From an uncultured Bacteroidales bacterium (lineage in GTDB: Bacteria; Bacteroidota; Bacteroidia; Bacteroidales; VadinHA17), in assembly GCA_963730615.1 (NCBI GenBank), contig CAVSSR010000002.1:259748-323747 (forward strand): 64,000 nt of DNA, read 5' to 3'. The position numbers were made by a program, and so were the translations under genes. Each line of letters starts with the position of its first letter. Position 1 is the stretch's first letter. The notes under the pieces are model-generated. The model had not been told where the DNA came from, did not search any database, and saw only the letters and a list, made by a program, of their open reading frames with translations. Positions 20,065-32,090 of this stretch are shown in pieces.

Positions 20065-21124
20065 TTAACGTCTTCTGCCTCCTCCGCCACTTCTGGCACC
20101 GGAGTATGAACCAGAACTACTTCTCGACGAGGATGATGGAGAATATGACCTGGATGCGGACGGTGAACCGTAATTGGATTTGGATGAAGAAGACATATTT
20201 GATGATGATGATCCGGTAGACGGACGGGTTGATGCTGAGGATCCTTTTGACTGACTGGTTGATGGTTTTGCAGCAGAAGAAGAACCCTTTGACTGACTGG
20301 TTGATGGTTTTGCAGCAGAAGAAGCACCCTTCGACTGACCGGTTGACGGTGATGCAGAAGTTCCGGCTGATGGCCGTGTCGATGCAGAAGTGCCTGTTGA
20401 CGGTCGGGCCGAAGCATTATTACGGTTATAGTTACCGCTGGCATTATTATGGTTCACGGTATTGGAACTGTTTCTCGAATTATTGTAATTGTTATAATTA
20501 TTTTCATTATGAATCACTACTGTGTTACCATGAGCCGCCATGATAACCGCCGTGGTGATAGTAATTATTATGATGATAAATACTGACTGCCATTACGGTA
20601 AAAGCTGCATGATAAGGAGGATAATATCCGTAATAATATGGCGGATAATATGGTACGTAAACAGGCGAATAAACATATTGCACTATTGGCGCTGATTCAA
20701 CGACTACAACAGTTGTCGAGGCCGGAGCTGCTGCAGGAACAGGATCCGTTCCGGTATAGGCAGGATTGGGAGTAACAGCAGGAGCTGCAGGTTTGGGTTC
20801 AATAACATAATCTTTACCATACAGATCCTTATCACCGACAATCTGCATCGTAACTTTCCCATCTTTATCCTTTGATACTAAAATCACCGCTACATCCTGT
20901 ATCTCCGTTTTGCTGACGTCAACCTGAAGTATAAATGAAAAATCAGTGTCTTTCTGCTTTGTCACAACCTTTATGAAATCAACAGTATCATTAAGGTCCA
21001 GGTCGAGGTTATTGATCCCTGTTTCCTTTAAGTTCAGGGTTTTTTCAAAATCCTCAATGGTCTTTGACTTTTGAAAAAGATCCAGTACGGCAAAAAGATC
21101 GAGGTTATCACCGGGCAGGCCCAA
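20065..21124 (-). pseudogene. low-complexity Tyr/Pro- and Ser/Asn/Thr-rich protein, at least one frame break
   Basis: ORF 20525-21124 (globular N-part, then YVPYYPPYYYGYYPPY) continues in another frame as ORF 20065-20541 (N/S-rich, 14-aa repeats, C-terminal GGGGRRR). A possible earlier ATG at 21223 lies in a third frame. Confidence 0.45.
20243..20368 (-). repeat. 42-bp in-frame tandem repeat (about 3 units)
   Basis: Units 20243-20284 and 20285-20326 are nearly identical (ccytttgactgactggttgatggttttgcagcagaagaag). The third unit is degenerate. They encode SSAAKPSTSQSKGS repeats. Confidence 0.8.
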
Positions 21125-21319
21125 TAAGGTAGTGTCTGCGTATCATTCTCTGTCTGAGAAAAAACCGTGAAGCTCAACAAGCTCATGATTAGTATTAGAT
21201 AATGGTAAAAAGCTGTTTTTCATGATATTATGAAATAATGTACAGATGAATTCATGCTCAAATTTACAAAAAATCATTGGTGCTCAAAATACATTCAGAT
21301 CAACAAGCCGGCCAGCTTG

Positions 21320-22145
21320 TCATAAGATCTGCATTATCCTTTCACTGACGATCTGCCTGCGTAACAATGCGTCACCCTCGCTTTCGCTATCGAAATGATA
21401 CAGTTTGGCTATTGTGATCCGTTTTGCAAGCAGACTGCAGGCAAGGCTTGCCAGCAGGGCTCCTGCCAGCGGGCCAATCAGATAGATCCACCATCCGTCC
21501 CACTGTCCGGAAATAACTGCCGGACCAAGACTTCGTGCAGGATTGGTGCTGATGCCTGAGATATGCTGCTTCAAGCGGAACCATTATGGCATAGAGAAAA
21601 GGAAACATATACGGGGTAAACTGACGGATTTGCCTGAATCCGATGAATAAAACAAGAAGTGAGACCATGGTAAAGGTTGTGATAACTTCTCCCAGCAATG
21701 CGGTCTGTGTTGAGTAGCCTTCTCCCGGGACAGTAGCACCGAAATCAATGCTTCGGCCCATCTGACCCCAGATCAACAGAGGCAGGCAGCCAATAATTGC
21801 ACCGGTCAGCTGAGCCAATATGTATGTAATGGCAAGGCGTCCTTCGATCTTACGAAACAACCAGAATACCATTGTAACAGCAGGATTGATATGTGCTCCG
21901 CTTACTTTTCCGATGGGGGATAGTGCAATTGATGCACCTACAGATCCAAACAGGAAACCGGTTATCATCTGGCGAATCTTCACATTCGGAATAAGCTGTG
22001 CCATCGGGCTGCCTGATCCAAACATGAAAATGACGATCGACAGACCTACCAGCAATAACAGAGCTGTACCAAAGAATTCAGAAACAAAAAATTTTGAGCG
22101 GTATTTCAGATACCTCGCATTATTCTGTATCTTCACATCATTCAT
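21320..22145 (-). pseudogene. MIP-family channel (aquaporin/glycerol-facilitator like), one frame break
   Basis: First NPA box in SGAHINPAVT (ORF 21387-22145). Second NPA box in ISTNPARSLGPAV (ORF 21320-21574). Break near 21575. Confidence 0.85.
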
Positions 22146-22199
22146 AGGATTGAAAATATTTATAGCTGACTAAGTCATATAGAAGTCTGAAGCCGGATA

Positions 22200-25152
22200 T
22201 TATTGTTTTACAGCTACCGGACGGTCGGCCCTGATTCGTGCGCATGACGGGCATAATTCACGATCCATAAGTGCTGCCATATGATCCGGCAGACGATTTC
22301 TGACGAACTCCCTGTGAGCAGGTGTCTGTGTTGGTGCACCACATTCGCTGCAGGTCAGCAGCGGTTGTTCACGTACTACTGTTCCGGTGATGACCGTGCG
22401 CCGCATCCCATCCTGATCATCGAAGTGAGATCGCACCTGTCGGGCATACCTGTGTACAGGCACCGCAACCGATGCATAGCTCTGCAGGCCTTGTGAAATC
22501 TAAATGAGCAAGCCGGCCGGCCTTGGTGTCGGCCATTCGCAGTGCCTCAACTCCCATTTCACTGCAGGCGGCCATGCACAGGCCACAACCGATACAGATG
22601 TCGCAGCGCAGGCAACGCCGGGCTTCATTTTTCGCCATTGAATCGGTCAGTCCTTCTTCAATCTTGACATAGTTGCCTTCTCCAACGGTTTCCTCAACAG
22701 TTCTCTCAGGCATCATGGTACGGCGCAAATGACTCCGGTCGTCTGCATTTACAGATAAGGGAGTTACATCAGCCCGCTTTACAGGCTTGCCTGTTTCTTT
22801 GTCCATAGATACTCCCTGAAGCCATGCATCAATGGAGGCTGCTGCAATCTTTCCTGACCGGATGGCTTCCACAGCCGTCCGCGGTCCGTGCTGTCCGTCA
22901 CCACCGGCAAAGACACCCGGTACATTTGTCATCTTGGTCTTAGGATCAGCGACTATAAACCCCCGGTTGTTCTCCACAGCGCTGCCTTCAAGAACTGCCA
23001 GGTCAGTGCCCTGACCGACGGCAAGGATAACATGATCAGCTTCGAGAGTAAGAAGACGGTTAGTATCGAATATGCGGATCGAATTTACCGGTCGCATCCT
23101 TTACCCGTTCGCAGTATTGCAGGATGAACCTGCCATCTTCCTCTATGCGTACAGGTCCCCATCCTGCATGTATCTGAACACCCTCCGTCACGGCAAGCTC
23201 TATCTCATGCGGGCTGGCCGGCATATCACGTCGTTTTTCAAGCGAGGTAAGGTCGACATGCCTGGCACCCTGTCTCAGAGCTGTCAGAGCAACGTCGATA
23301 GAGACATTGCCACCGCCAACAACCACAACACGTGGCCCGACACGAACATGTTCACCGCTTCGCACAGCGCGAAGGAAGTCAATACCGCCCATGACAAATG
23401 GCAGTTCGACACCCTCAATTGTAAGAAGACGTGTCCGCTGTGTACCAGGACCAAGAAAGACAGCATCGTAATCCTTACGGAAAGCCTCAAGGTTTGCAAC
23501 CGGTGAGCTGGTGTGTATCCTCACACCCAGTGCACGGATCTGGTCAAGCTCCTTCTCAAGCAGATCGGGAGGATTCCGGTAGGCAGGAATACCATAGCGC
23601 AGCATTCCTCCTGCATATTCCTGAGCTTCAAATACATCTATCTCATGTCCAAGGATTCGCAGATAATATGCAGCTGTGATACCTGCAGGACCGGCACCGA
23701 TGATGCCAATCTTTTTTCCCTGTATCGGGTGCTATGGCGGGTTTCGGATAGCCTCCTTCTGCAAGGCAATGTTCTGCCGCCCTTGCTTTCATCGGCCTGA
23801 TAAAGACAGCACCGTTACCCTGCCTGCGGACACATGCCGATTCGCATGGAGCAGGACATACCAGTCCGCATGTCAGCGGAAATGGATTATCCTGCCTGAT
23901 AGTCTCAATTGTGGAACGATAATCTCCATTACCAAGATGAGCCATGAAAGCTGGGAATATCTATGTTGGCAGGGCAGGTACGATGACATGGTGCAGCATT
24001 CCGCACCAGGCAGAGACCTTCCGGACAGGACTCATTGCGGGCATGACTTTCCCACTGTCCGCGGAAGTACCGAAGTGAGCTGACCAGTGGCCAGGCAGCT
24101 GCAAGTCCCTGCGTGGTAAGCGATACTGCCAATTCATCAAGAGCTGCCAGATGACTTATGCTGCCAACGCCAAGTGTGATCTCTGTTACCAGACGCGCAG
24201 CCCGGGCCAGTAATGCACGAACAGGCGCATCTTCGCCTTCGGAAAGCTGCCAATGGCGATAAAGAGCACGCCGGGTTTGCTTAACGACACATACATCACC
24301 GGTTATCACCATCAGCGTCGATGGTGACGGGATAACACCTGCAGAAAGCAGAGAAAACGGATCCGAAGAAAGATCAGCTTTGGAAAGCGGAAGAAATCCA
24401 CCCAGCCCGTCATCAAATACAAGAACCGGATCTGAACCTGCGATTTCTGTTCCTCCCCCCCATTTATCTACCTGGCTTTTAAGATTAACTGACCTTGAAA
24501 ATTCTACAAGTCCGCGTTCATTCAATCCCTGACGAAGAGTAAGCAACGAGGAATTAAGATCAGTTTTACCTGCAAACAGAAGGGCAATACGGCACCATGT
24601 TTCGGGAGTGTGGACCAGTCGTGTTTTATCTGACGGATGGCCTTCGCTCCAGCAACCCGGCTTGCTGTCACGCAATACCTCAATCTGCCGACCCGGGTTA
24701 GCTATATCAGCCAGAGACCGGATTGCGTCAACAGCATTTAAAAATGCAGCTTCGCGACCGTTCAGCCCGGCCGGCAGCAGCAACTCAATCTTCTGGCTGT
24801 CGCGCAGTCCAATCGCAATCATCAGACCCTCAGCCAGAAGCCAGGGTGCCCTTTCGAGCACTGTTGCCGATCCACGGGAATGAATGTCAGGACAGGTAGC
24901 ATCTATCACCAGTACAGAAGGGCCATACCCGCGAAGGAACTGGCGCCAGGCAAGATGGATTGGTTCGCCGGAAGCGCCGCATTCAGAGATTCCGGATTCC
25001 TGTAATCTCTGCAAACGCTCTAAAGGCGTCATTGAAAGTGCATGGGTAAATGCCGGCAAAGCACCGGCTATTGTATTAGCCGGTGGAACAGCTCCTGAAA
25101 GTGTGGCAGCATCATGGTCAAGCCATGGTGGAAGAATTATGTTGTCGCTCAT
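22200..25152 (-). pseudogene. multidomain oxidoreductase: degenerate NuoF-like domain + GltD-like FAD/NAD(P) domain + 2x[4Fe-4S] ferredoxin domain; at least 5 frame breaks
   Basis: ORFs 23929-25152, 23643-23945, 23060-23605, 22417-23097 and 22200-22463 concatenate. NuoF-like core VLVIDATCPDIHSRGSATVLERAPWLLAEGL. GltD-type Cys region CGLVCPAPCESACVR. Dinucleotide fold IGIIGAGPAGITAAYYL, recovered by dropping one base near 23711. VVVVGGGNVSIDVA. CLRCDICIGCGLCMAACS and CIGCGACTQVCPTGA. Confidence 0.75.
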
Positions 25153-25677
25153 GACTCACTCCTTACGCTCTCCGGAGGCTCTGCAACGATCATGCGGGCA
25201 TATCGCTCACGCCTCGGATCTGGCACTTCGTTAGCTTTTTCGAAGGAGAGGCAACCTGTTACACATTTTGTTACACATGCCGGCTGTAATCCGTCATCGA
25301 GACGGTCTTTACAGTAGTCACATTTAACAACTTTATGTGTTGCAGGGTCCCACTGCGGAGTACCCCATGGACAGGCTGCCATGCAGCTCTTGCATCCTAC
25401 GCAGAGACTTGACTGGACAAAAACGATATTGTCTTTTTCGCGCCTCTGCATGGCCCCGGTCGGGCAGGCTTTTATGCACCATGCATCTTCACAGTGAAAA
25501 CAAGGCATATAAACGAAACGGGTGCGTGGATGCCCTTCAATATTAACCGGGCCTAATATGATTATCTTGCATGGAGCAGGACCTGCTCCGAGATTCTTGT
25601 TTGTCTTGCAGTGTACTTCGCAGGCTTTGCAACCGATACAAGCTGGCATCGTCGTGCTTAAGGGTGTACTTGCTCAT
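25149..25677 (-). pseudogene. 4x[4Fe-4S]-type electron-transfer subunit (PsrB/DmsB-like), one frame break
   Basis: ATG 25677 overlaps the upstream stop (ATGA) and reads MSKYTLKHDDAS. Dropping one base near 25640 continues CIGCKACEVHC...CFHCEDAWCIKACPTGA...CVGCKSCMAACPWG...CDYC. Its own stop overlaps the next ATG (ATGA at 25149-25152). Confidence 0.8.
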
Positions 25678-27879
25678 TTTTTACCTCCTTTCGATGCAAC
25701 AGGTTTAATTTGAATAACAGTCTCGGTCATGGCACATCCTCCACCGGCAGGGTCGAACTCATAGAGTTTGCCATGCTGAAGACGCTGATCGGCTACACCC
25801 AGTCCAAGTGCACGGGTGGCAAGCGGCACCGTGGCACCATAGCCATGAAGCATGAATACTGCCTCAGGATGGATCCATGGAGTTACCAGGGCTTTCATTC
25901 GGCCGGTATAACTGCCACCGCCGTTGATTTCTACCTCATCACCATCTGATATGCCGAGCTTACCGGCACGATCGGGATGGATCCAGAGCACCTGTTTCGG
26001 AGAAATTTCATTCAGTATCGGGTTGTTGAGAGATTGTCCGTGTGCCAGAGTAGCTGTTCTTCCGAATAAAAGGTAGAATTTGTCACCTTCCGGTGCCTCT
26101 TTCGGAATGTACGGTGGAAGTCCGGGCAACCCTGCCTGCTCAAGGATAGAGCTTTCAATCTCTATCTTACCCGATGGGGTCGGAAATTTTAGTTCTTCCC
26201 TGGATATTAACTTCGGTGAATCTGACAGAGTTACAAAACCTTCCTCACGCATTTCGGCAACAGTCACTCCTGTGCCATCGAGCTGATAGTTCCATAGTTC
26301 CTCAATGGTCTGGAAGTCGAGAACATCCTTAATACCCATCCGGTGCAGAATCTCCCTGAAGATCCACCATGCCGGGCGGCTGTCGAAGCGGGGAGCGATA
26401 GCCTGATCGCGCATGGCGAAAACAGGTACAGGACCATTCATCTGGGCCAGGATATTAGCACGCTCGAGGTATGTCGATTCGGGAAGGATGACATCTGAAA
26501 ACCAGCCTGTTTCTGAATAGCGTACGTCAATGGAAACCAGAAGTTTAAGCTTGTCCAGAGCACGTTTTGTAGCCTCAGGATCGGGCAGTCCGGTGAGAGG
26601 GTCGTGGCGATAAGCGAAATAGGCACCAATGCCATATGGCTGTGCCGTCTCCATAGCTGCAAATGCCTGGTGCAGCATACCTATCTTGGGATCCCATTGC
26701 GGCCTGGTTGTACCTGCACCATCTACACGGGGATCTGCTGGTTTTGGTGCACGTGAAGAAAGCTGGTTAAGACTTTTGCGGCCATAATCTTCAGGTGATT
26801 TGCCAAGTAATACATCCCTCCGGGAACTTCTATGTTGCCCATAAGGGCATTCAGTATCAGAGCAGTACGGCTGACGTAAAATGATTGTTTATGACGGGCA
26901 GTCATCCAGCCCGGATGGAATATCACCTGTGGTGCATCTGTTGCAATCTCGCTTACAAATTCACGAATCTCTGCGGCAGGAATACCTGTGTGACTCTCCT
27001 GCCATTCCGGCGTAGTATCCTTTACCATCTCATGCAGATAGTCCATTCCGGAAACATAACGTGTTACAAACTCCTTGTCGTACGCTTCCTGCTTCAGTAC
27101 CTCATGTATTATGGCAAGGTTGAGGGCATAGTCGCTGTTCGGACGTACCTGCCAGTATCGTGTTGCCTTGCAGGCAGTTATGCTGGCGCGCGGATCGATA
27201 TAGGTGCATTTCATACCTCAGCCAGCGCTGCCATGAAGGCCTTAGACTCTTTTACCATAAGAGATTCGACGATATTCCGGCCATAAAGCACAAGGTGTTT
27301 CGTATTTTTAAAGTCGAAAACTAACCCGGAGTGACCGATACCAAAGACAGAGAGTGCAGGCGTTGTGAATGTTACCTGCGCAACCGGCATCATGGTTAAA
27401 GTAGTTGGGAGATCCCAGCGCATGTACAAAGGTTCGTGGTAAGGTCGTTAAAGAAGCCGCCACGATCGGATAGCATGATGCCTCGTCCTCCAAAGGTTTC
27501 TGTGGTCTCCTGCAGCTTGTCAGCAATATAATCAAGGGCTTCGTCCCAGGATGCACGCCGCCATTTACCACCACCGCGAGGACCTGTACGGATGAGAGGT
27601 GTCTGAGGCCGCTCATCGTCAAACTCAAATGCCAAGACCTGCGGAACCCTTTGCACAAAGGCTTGTTCCGATGGCCTTGTCGTGATGATTTCCCTGAAGC
27701 CAGACTATCTTCCCGTCTTCGACTGTTACTTCTATCGGGCAACGCACGGCACACATACCGCACATGCTGTAAACCGTTCGCCTTCCAGGGGTCCCCACTC
27801 CTGAAACGTTTGGTGCCATTACTGAATTCATTAATGCTCCTTTCAACTGTTTTTTACACCTCAGAGAACTGAATGACAA
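25674..27879 (-). pseudogene. molybdopterin (bis-MGD) oxidoreductase catalytic subunit, Psr/Phs-like, cytoplasmic; at least 5 frame breaks
   Basis: N-terminal FS0 motif SMCGMCAVRCPIEV with no twin-arginine signal. Candidate Mo ligand in NYFNHDAGCAGNIHNA. C-terminal MopB/molydop-binding region (WIHPDRAGKLGISDGDEVEI) in intact ORF 25674-26678. Fragments 26723-27214, 27211-27429, 27396-27656, 27625-27879. The likely true start is ATG 27831. Confidence 0.8.
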
Positions 27880-28910
27880 CCTTTATATCATCAGGTTGTC
27901 TTTCGAGTGCCTTCATGAAATTTTCAGGTTTTTCCCGTCGGGTAATAAGTTTTGCCAGCCAGTTGCGGTCGGCTTTGGCCAGGGTTAGTCCGGCCCTGTA
28001 CCATTGACGCTTATTTGCATTTACACTTCCTACGATCACATTATTCCTCAATACAGCAGCAGCAGCCATATCGGCCAGTACACCGGCTGCCAATTGCTCC
28101 TCCCTGTCCGACCCCTGTGAGACATAATGATCCCGCTTGACCCTATTTTCTTGAATACAATCTGCGATTACCGGTCCGACACCGGTACATTCAACTATGG
28201 CATCCGGTTCGAAATCCAGATCAGCAACACTTGCCGGAATGATAGATAGCACCAAGTTCCCGTACAAGGTCAGGTTTGGACCCTGATTCCATCCTGTCGA
28301 GTACATGTACTTCTTCAATCCCCCATATTTTCAGGCTCAGGGCAGCCAGAAGTCCTATCGGTCCTGCTCCTGTAACCAGAACAGTATGAGGTTCCCAGAA
28401 CGACCGGCGGCCAATCATTCCTATCTGTTCCAGAGCCTTGGTAACAACAGTGGTAGGTTCAAGAAGAACACCCAGAATACCAAGTGTAGGATCAACTTTT
28501 ACAGCATATTCAGGTTCTATTCTCCACCGCTCCGACATATATCCGTGTATCTCCTTGATACCACGTTCGGTATAAAGGCCGTTACGGCACATATCCCATT
28601 CACCTACTGCACAGTTCGGGCAGGGAACAGGATCGGGACGTCTGACGATGCCAACTACAAGATCGCCTTTTTTAAATCCGGTTGATGTACCCGGATCAAT
28701 CACGCGACCCAGTGATTCGTGACCCAGGATAAGATGCTTTTGCCCGGGAGGGGCCCAGCCATATTTCCCTTCCACAATTTCAACATCGGTACCGCATACT
28801 CCTACGGCAATGGCTTCAACAAGTATTGATCCATCACGCATATCAGGTTCCGGCATATCCATATATCTTGCGGTTCCGGCTTTTTTTGGTTCAACTGTAA
28901 TTGCTTTCAT
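27854..28910 (-). pseudogene. Zn-dependent MDR dehydrogenase resembling archaeal-type glucose 1-dehydrogenase, one frame break
   Basis: [12 protein letters not shown]...GVCGTDVEIVEGKYG...LILGHESLGRV...VLVTGAGPIGLLAA aligns by eye with Thermoplasma/Sulfolobus glucose dehydrogenase as I recall it. The C-terminal half lies in ORF 27854-28318. The start overlaps the upstream stop (ATGA at 28907-28910). Confidence 0.7.
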
Positions 28911-31720
28911 ATTGGCTTATCTGTGTTATTTGTTTCGTGTTTTTCTTCAGCCTGAACCGGCTTCGGGGTTTTCCTGAACGCCTTTGCCTTGCTGAATTTA
29001 AGAGCTGTCTTTCGGCCGACATTTGCTGCAAACAATTGCATCGTCCGTGCAATTGTACCTGTCCAGCCGGTCTGGTGGCTTGCACCAATACCTGCACCGG
29101 TATCTCCATGGAAATATTCATGGAACAGTATGTAATCACTCCAGTAGCGGATCCTCCTGAAATTTCTGAATATTCCCATACACCGGCCTGTGACCTGATT
29201 TATCGCGCAGGAAAATGGCGGAAAGCCGGCTGGATATTTCTTCGGCAACCTGGTAGAGATTCATCATATTTCCGGAACCTGTCGGACATTCGATCAGGAA
29301 ATCATTTCCATAATACTGGTAATAATTAAAAAGCGCCCTGACGATGATCATATTGACCGGCATCCATATCGGACCGCGCCAGTTGGAATTTCCTCCGAAC
29401 ATTCCATTATCGGAATCGCCCGGTAAATAGGAGACAGTAAATTCATTATCACCAACACTGAATTTTGTAAGGATGTTCTCCATGTATCCTTGAGAGAGCC
29501 CTGATACCATACGGACTCAAAAATTCTTTCTCGTCCAGCATCACTGTCAGAACCCTTCGCAAATTTGTCTCATTCAGAACCGATGCCAGGAACCTGCCAT
29601 TCTGACCGGGTTTGCCAGGATTATGGATAAAGGCAGTTAATTCAGGTTTGGTTGACAGGAAGTTTGATGATCTGCTGTACCAACTTCAGGATATTTTTCC
29701 CTCATTTCCCTGTTATAAACAGTGACTGCACATAAAGGAAGCAAGTCCTACCATCGACCGTGACTTTCAGCCTTTGGTTACCTCCATCGGGCAGACAAAG
29801 CACATCATAAAAAAATCCGTCATGTCTCATCCCACATCCCTCCGTCTTCATCAGCACGTATCATGGATGATGAGATCCACAAAAAGTGTTCAAACAATTT
29901 CATGGAGATATCGACATAAGCCGGATTGACCAATGCCAGCTGTATGCTTATTTCCATCATGTTCTGGCAAAAAAGAGCCATCCATGCCGTACCGTCAGCC
30001 TGTTCGAGGTATCCTCCGGTAGGCAGGGCAGAACTCCGGTCGAACACTCCAATATTATCCAGTCCGAGAAAACCACCCTCAAAAGCATTATTTCCTGCCC
30101 TGTCCTTCCTGTTAACCCACCAGCTGAAATTCAGCATCAGTTTATGGAAAGAACGTTCAAGCCACTCGATATCACCTTTGCCGTTGGTTGCCTTTTCAAG
30201 GAAAAAAGTGAATATTGTTGACCATGCATGCACAGGAGGGTTTACATCGCCAAAATTCCATTCGTAAGCAGGTATCTGACCGTTGGGATGCTGATAGTCC
30301 GTACGCAGCATCAGTTCCAGCTGTCCCTTTCCGAAATCCTCATCAACAAGTGTAAGCGCAGATAACATGAAATGCCAGGTCCCATGCAGCATACCATGGA
30401 TATTCCCATTTGTCGGGCATGGAGATAATGTCTGAGTTGTTCATATGATGCCAGCGATCGTTACGGATGTCCCGCTGCCTTGATTTGGACGGATTAACAC
30501 CATGCTCCTTAAGCCATTTGCCGACATCATAGTTGAAAAACTGTTTTGACCACAACATCCCTGCCAGCGCCTGCCGCATAACATTTGCTTCATCAGCGCC
30601 CAGAGAAGAGGGAATAACTGTGGCATAAAACTCATCAGCTTCCTTAAGTCGCGATTTGAATATGTTATCAAAGCCGGCACCGAAGTGCAGTTTGTCTCCT
30701 TCTTATCTGTTTTTTTATCTGCCACAGCCATTTTTGTAAGACGCAGATTCAGTGTTTTGGATTTACCTCCCTTTAATATTCAGAATATACTGAGCAGCGG
30801 CTTTTGTCCCGGTTTTCTCAGGATTTACAGCATTTTTTTGTCCCATGACGATATAATTATTGATACCGTCTTTTACATAAGGGATTATGTTAGGAACACC
30901 AGCAAGCCTGTTGATATTTGTTTCATTATTTGTAAAAAGCAGGTCATTTGCTCCGTTTGCGCTGAACAGCCATTTTCCCATATCTTTTTGCGAGGCTTCT
31001 ATCACACCTGATTTCTTATTGAGAGTGACCTGTTTCAGTACCGGGATCTCTTCATCCGCCACTATCATGCCATGTATTGCGGAACCAGAGTGTTGGCAGA
31101 ACATGTCAAGGAGGCAGTCTTCAGCTCCGCGGTTAAAAACAGTGATGCGGATCAGAATGTCTTCCGGTGAGTCCTTGGCATATTCCACAAATACATCAAA
31201 ATAGCGGTTGTCATTAAAGATGCCTGTATCCAGTAACTCATATTCAGGCTCATTCCGGCTTCGACGGCGGTTAGTGCTGACAATATCATCATAAGGATAG
31301 GCCCTATGAGGGTACTTATACAGGTACTTCATGTAGGAGTGGGTAGGAGTGGAGTCGAGATAGAAATAGTACTCTTTCACATCCTCACCGTGGTTACCCT
31401 CGCTGTTGCTTAAACCGAACAGCCTCTCCTTAATGATGGGATCATTGTCCGTTCCATAAGGCCAGTGCAAAGCAGAGCAGCTGTTTATCATCGGAAATAC
31501 CTGCCAGTCCGTCTTCGCCCCATCGGTATGCACGCGAACGGGCCTGGTCATGCGTAAAATAATTCCAGGCATCACCGTTTTCGCTGTAGTCCTCACGGAC
31601 AGTTCCCCACTGACGTTCACTTAGATAAGGTCCCCATTTTTTCCAGGGGATATTATTTTGCCTGGCCTCTTCCAGTCTTGCTTTTTCAACACAAATATCA
31701 CCCTGCGCTTGCTTTTTCAT
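28907..31720 (-). pseudogene. GH63-like (MGH1-like) glucosidase / mannosylglycerate-hydrolase family protein; at least 7 frame breaks
   Basis: N-terminus [54 protein letters not shown] and NSEGNHGEDVKEYYFYLDSTPTHSYMKYLYKYP are typical of the cytoplasmic GH63-like family (recalled). Catalytic (alpha/alpha)6 part is in fragments 29820-30392, 29136-29510 and 28907-29248. Confidence 0.7.
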
Positions 31721-32078
31721 TTTTTTCCATATTTTTCTTTATCAGTTCCGGCAGTTCATGAAGTTCTTTGCTCAGAAAATAATTCAGGAATGTTCTTATT
31801 ATTGCAACCGCTCCAAGCTGAATAAGATTTTCATAAGTCGGGGCAACCGTTGTTTTCACAATGTCAGCAGCAAGCTGAAACTCAAGTGCCAGTACCAGCC
31901 ATCCGCCAAACAATAGCCGTAACCTGTTGTACATTGGAGAATAGTGTTCCTGCCTTCTTTTAAGCAAAAGAATAAATGCTTTGACAAAGCCTACCGCAAT
32001 ACATAAAACGGCGGTGAATTCCAGGGCCAGTGCTACTACCTTGACGAATTCTTCCAATATTAATTCTGCTGTTTCCAT
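31698..32078 (-). CDS. DUF1622-like small membrane protein
   Basis: 126 aa. [15 protein letters not shown] ... [20 protein letters not shown] pattern recalled from DUF1622. Overlaps the GH63-like start by 23 nt. Confidence 0.5.
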   Translation of the reverse strand: METAELILEEFVKVVALALEFTAVLCIAVGFVKAFILLLKRRQEHYSPMYNRLRLLFGGWLVLALEFQLAADIVKTTVAPTYENLIQLGAVAIIRTFLNYFLSKELHELPELIKKNMEKNEKASAG

Positions 32079-32090
32079 AAATTCCTGAGT

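Noticed and set aside
20243-20368. Possible CRISPR-like or non-coding repeat array
   Set aside because: The 42-bp units are contiguous with no spacers, are in frame, and translate to a 14-aa Ser/Thr/Lys repeat inside an ORF. No cas genes or spaced repeats occur anywhere in the window.
25674-27879. Selenocysteine recoding or programmed frameshifting as the explanation for the broken molybdoenzyme
   Set aside because: The interruptions are changes of frame, not in-frame TGA codons. The predicted Mo ligand position carries Cys (NHDAGCAGN). The same kind of break affects unrelated genes all over the window.
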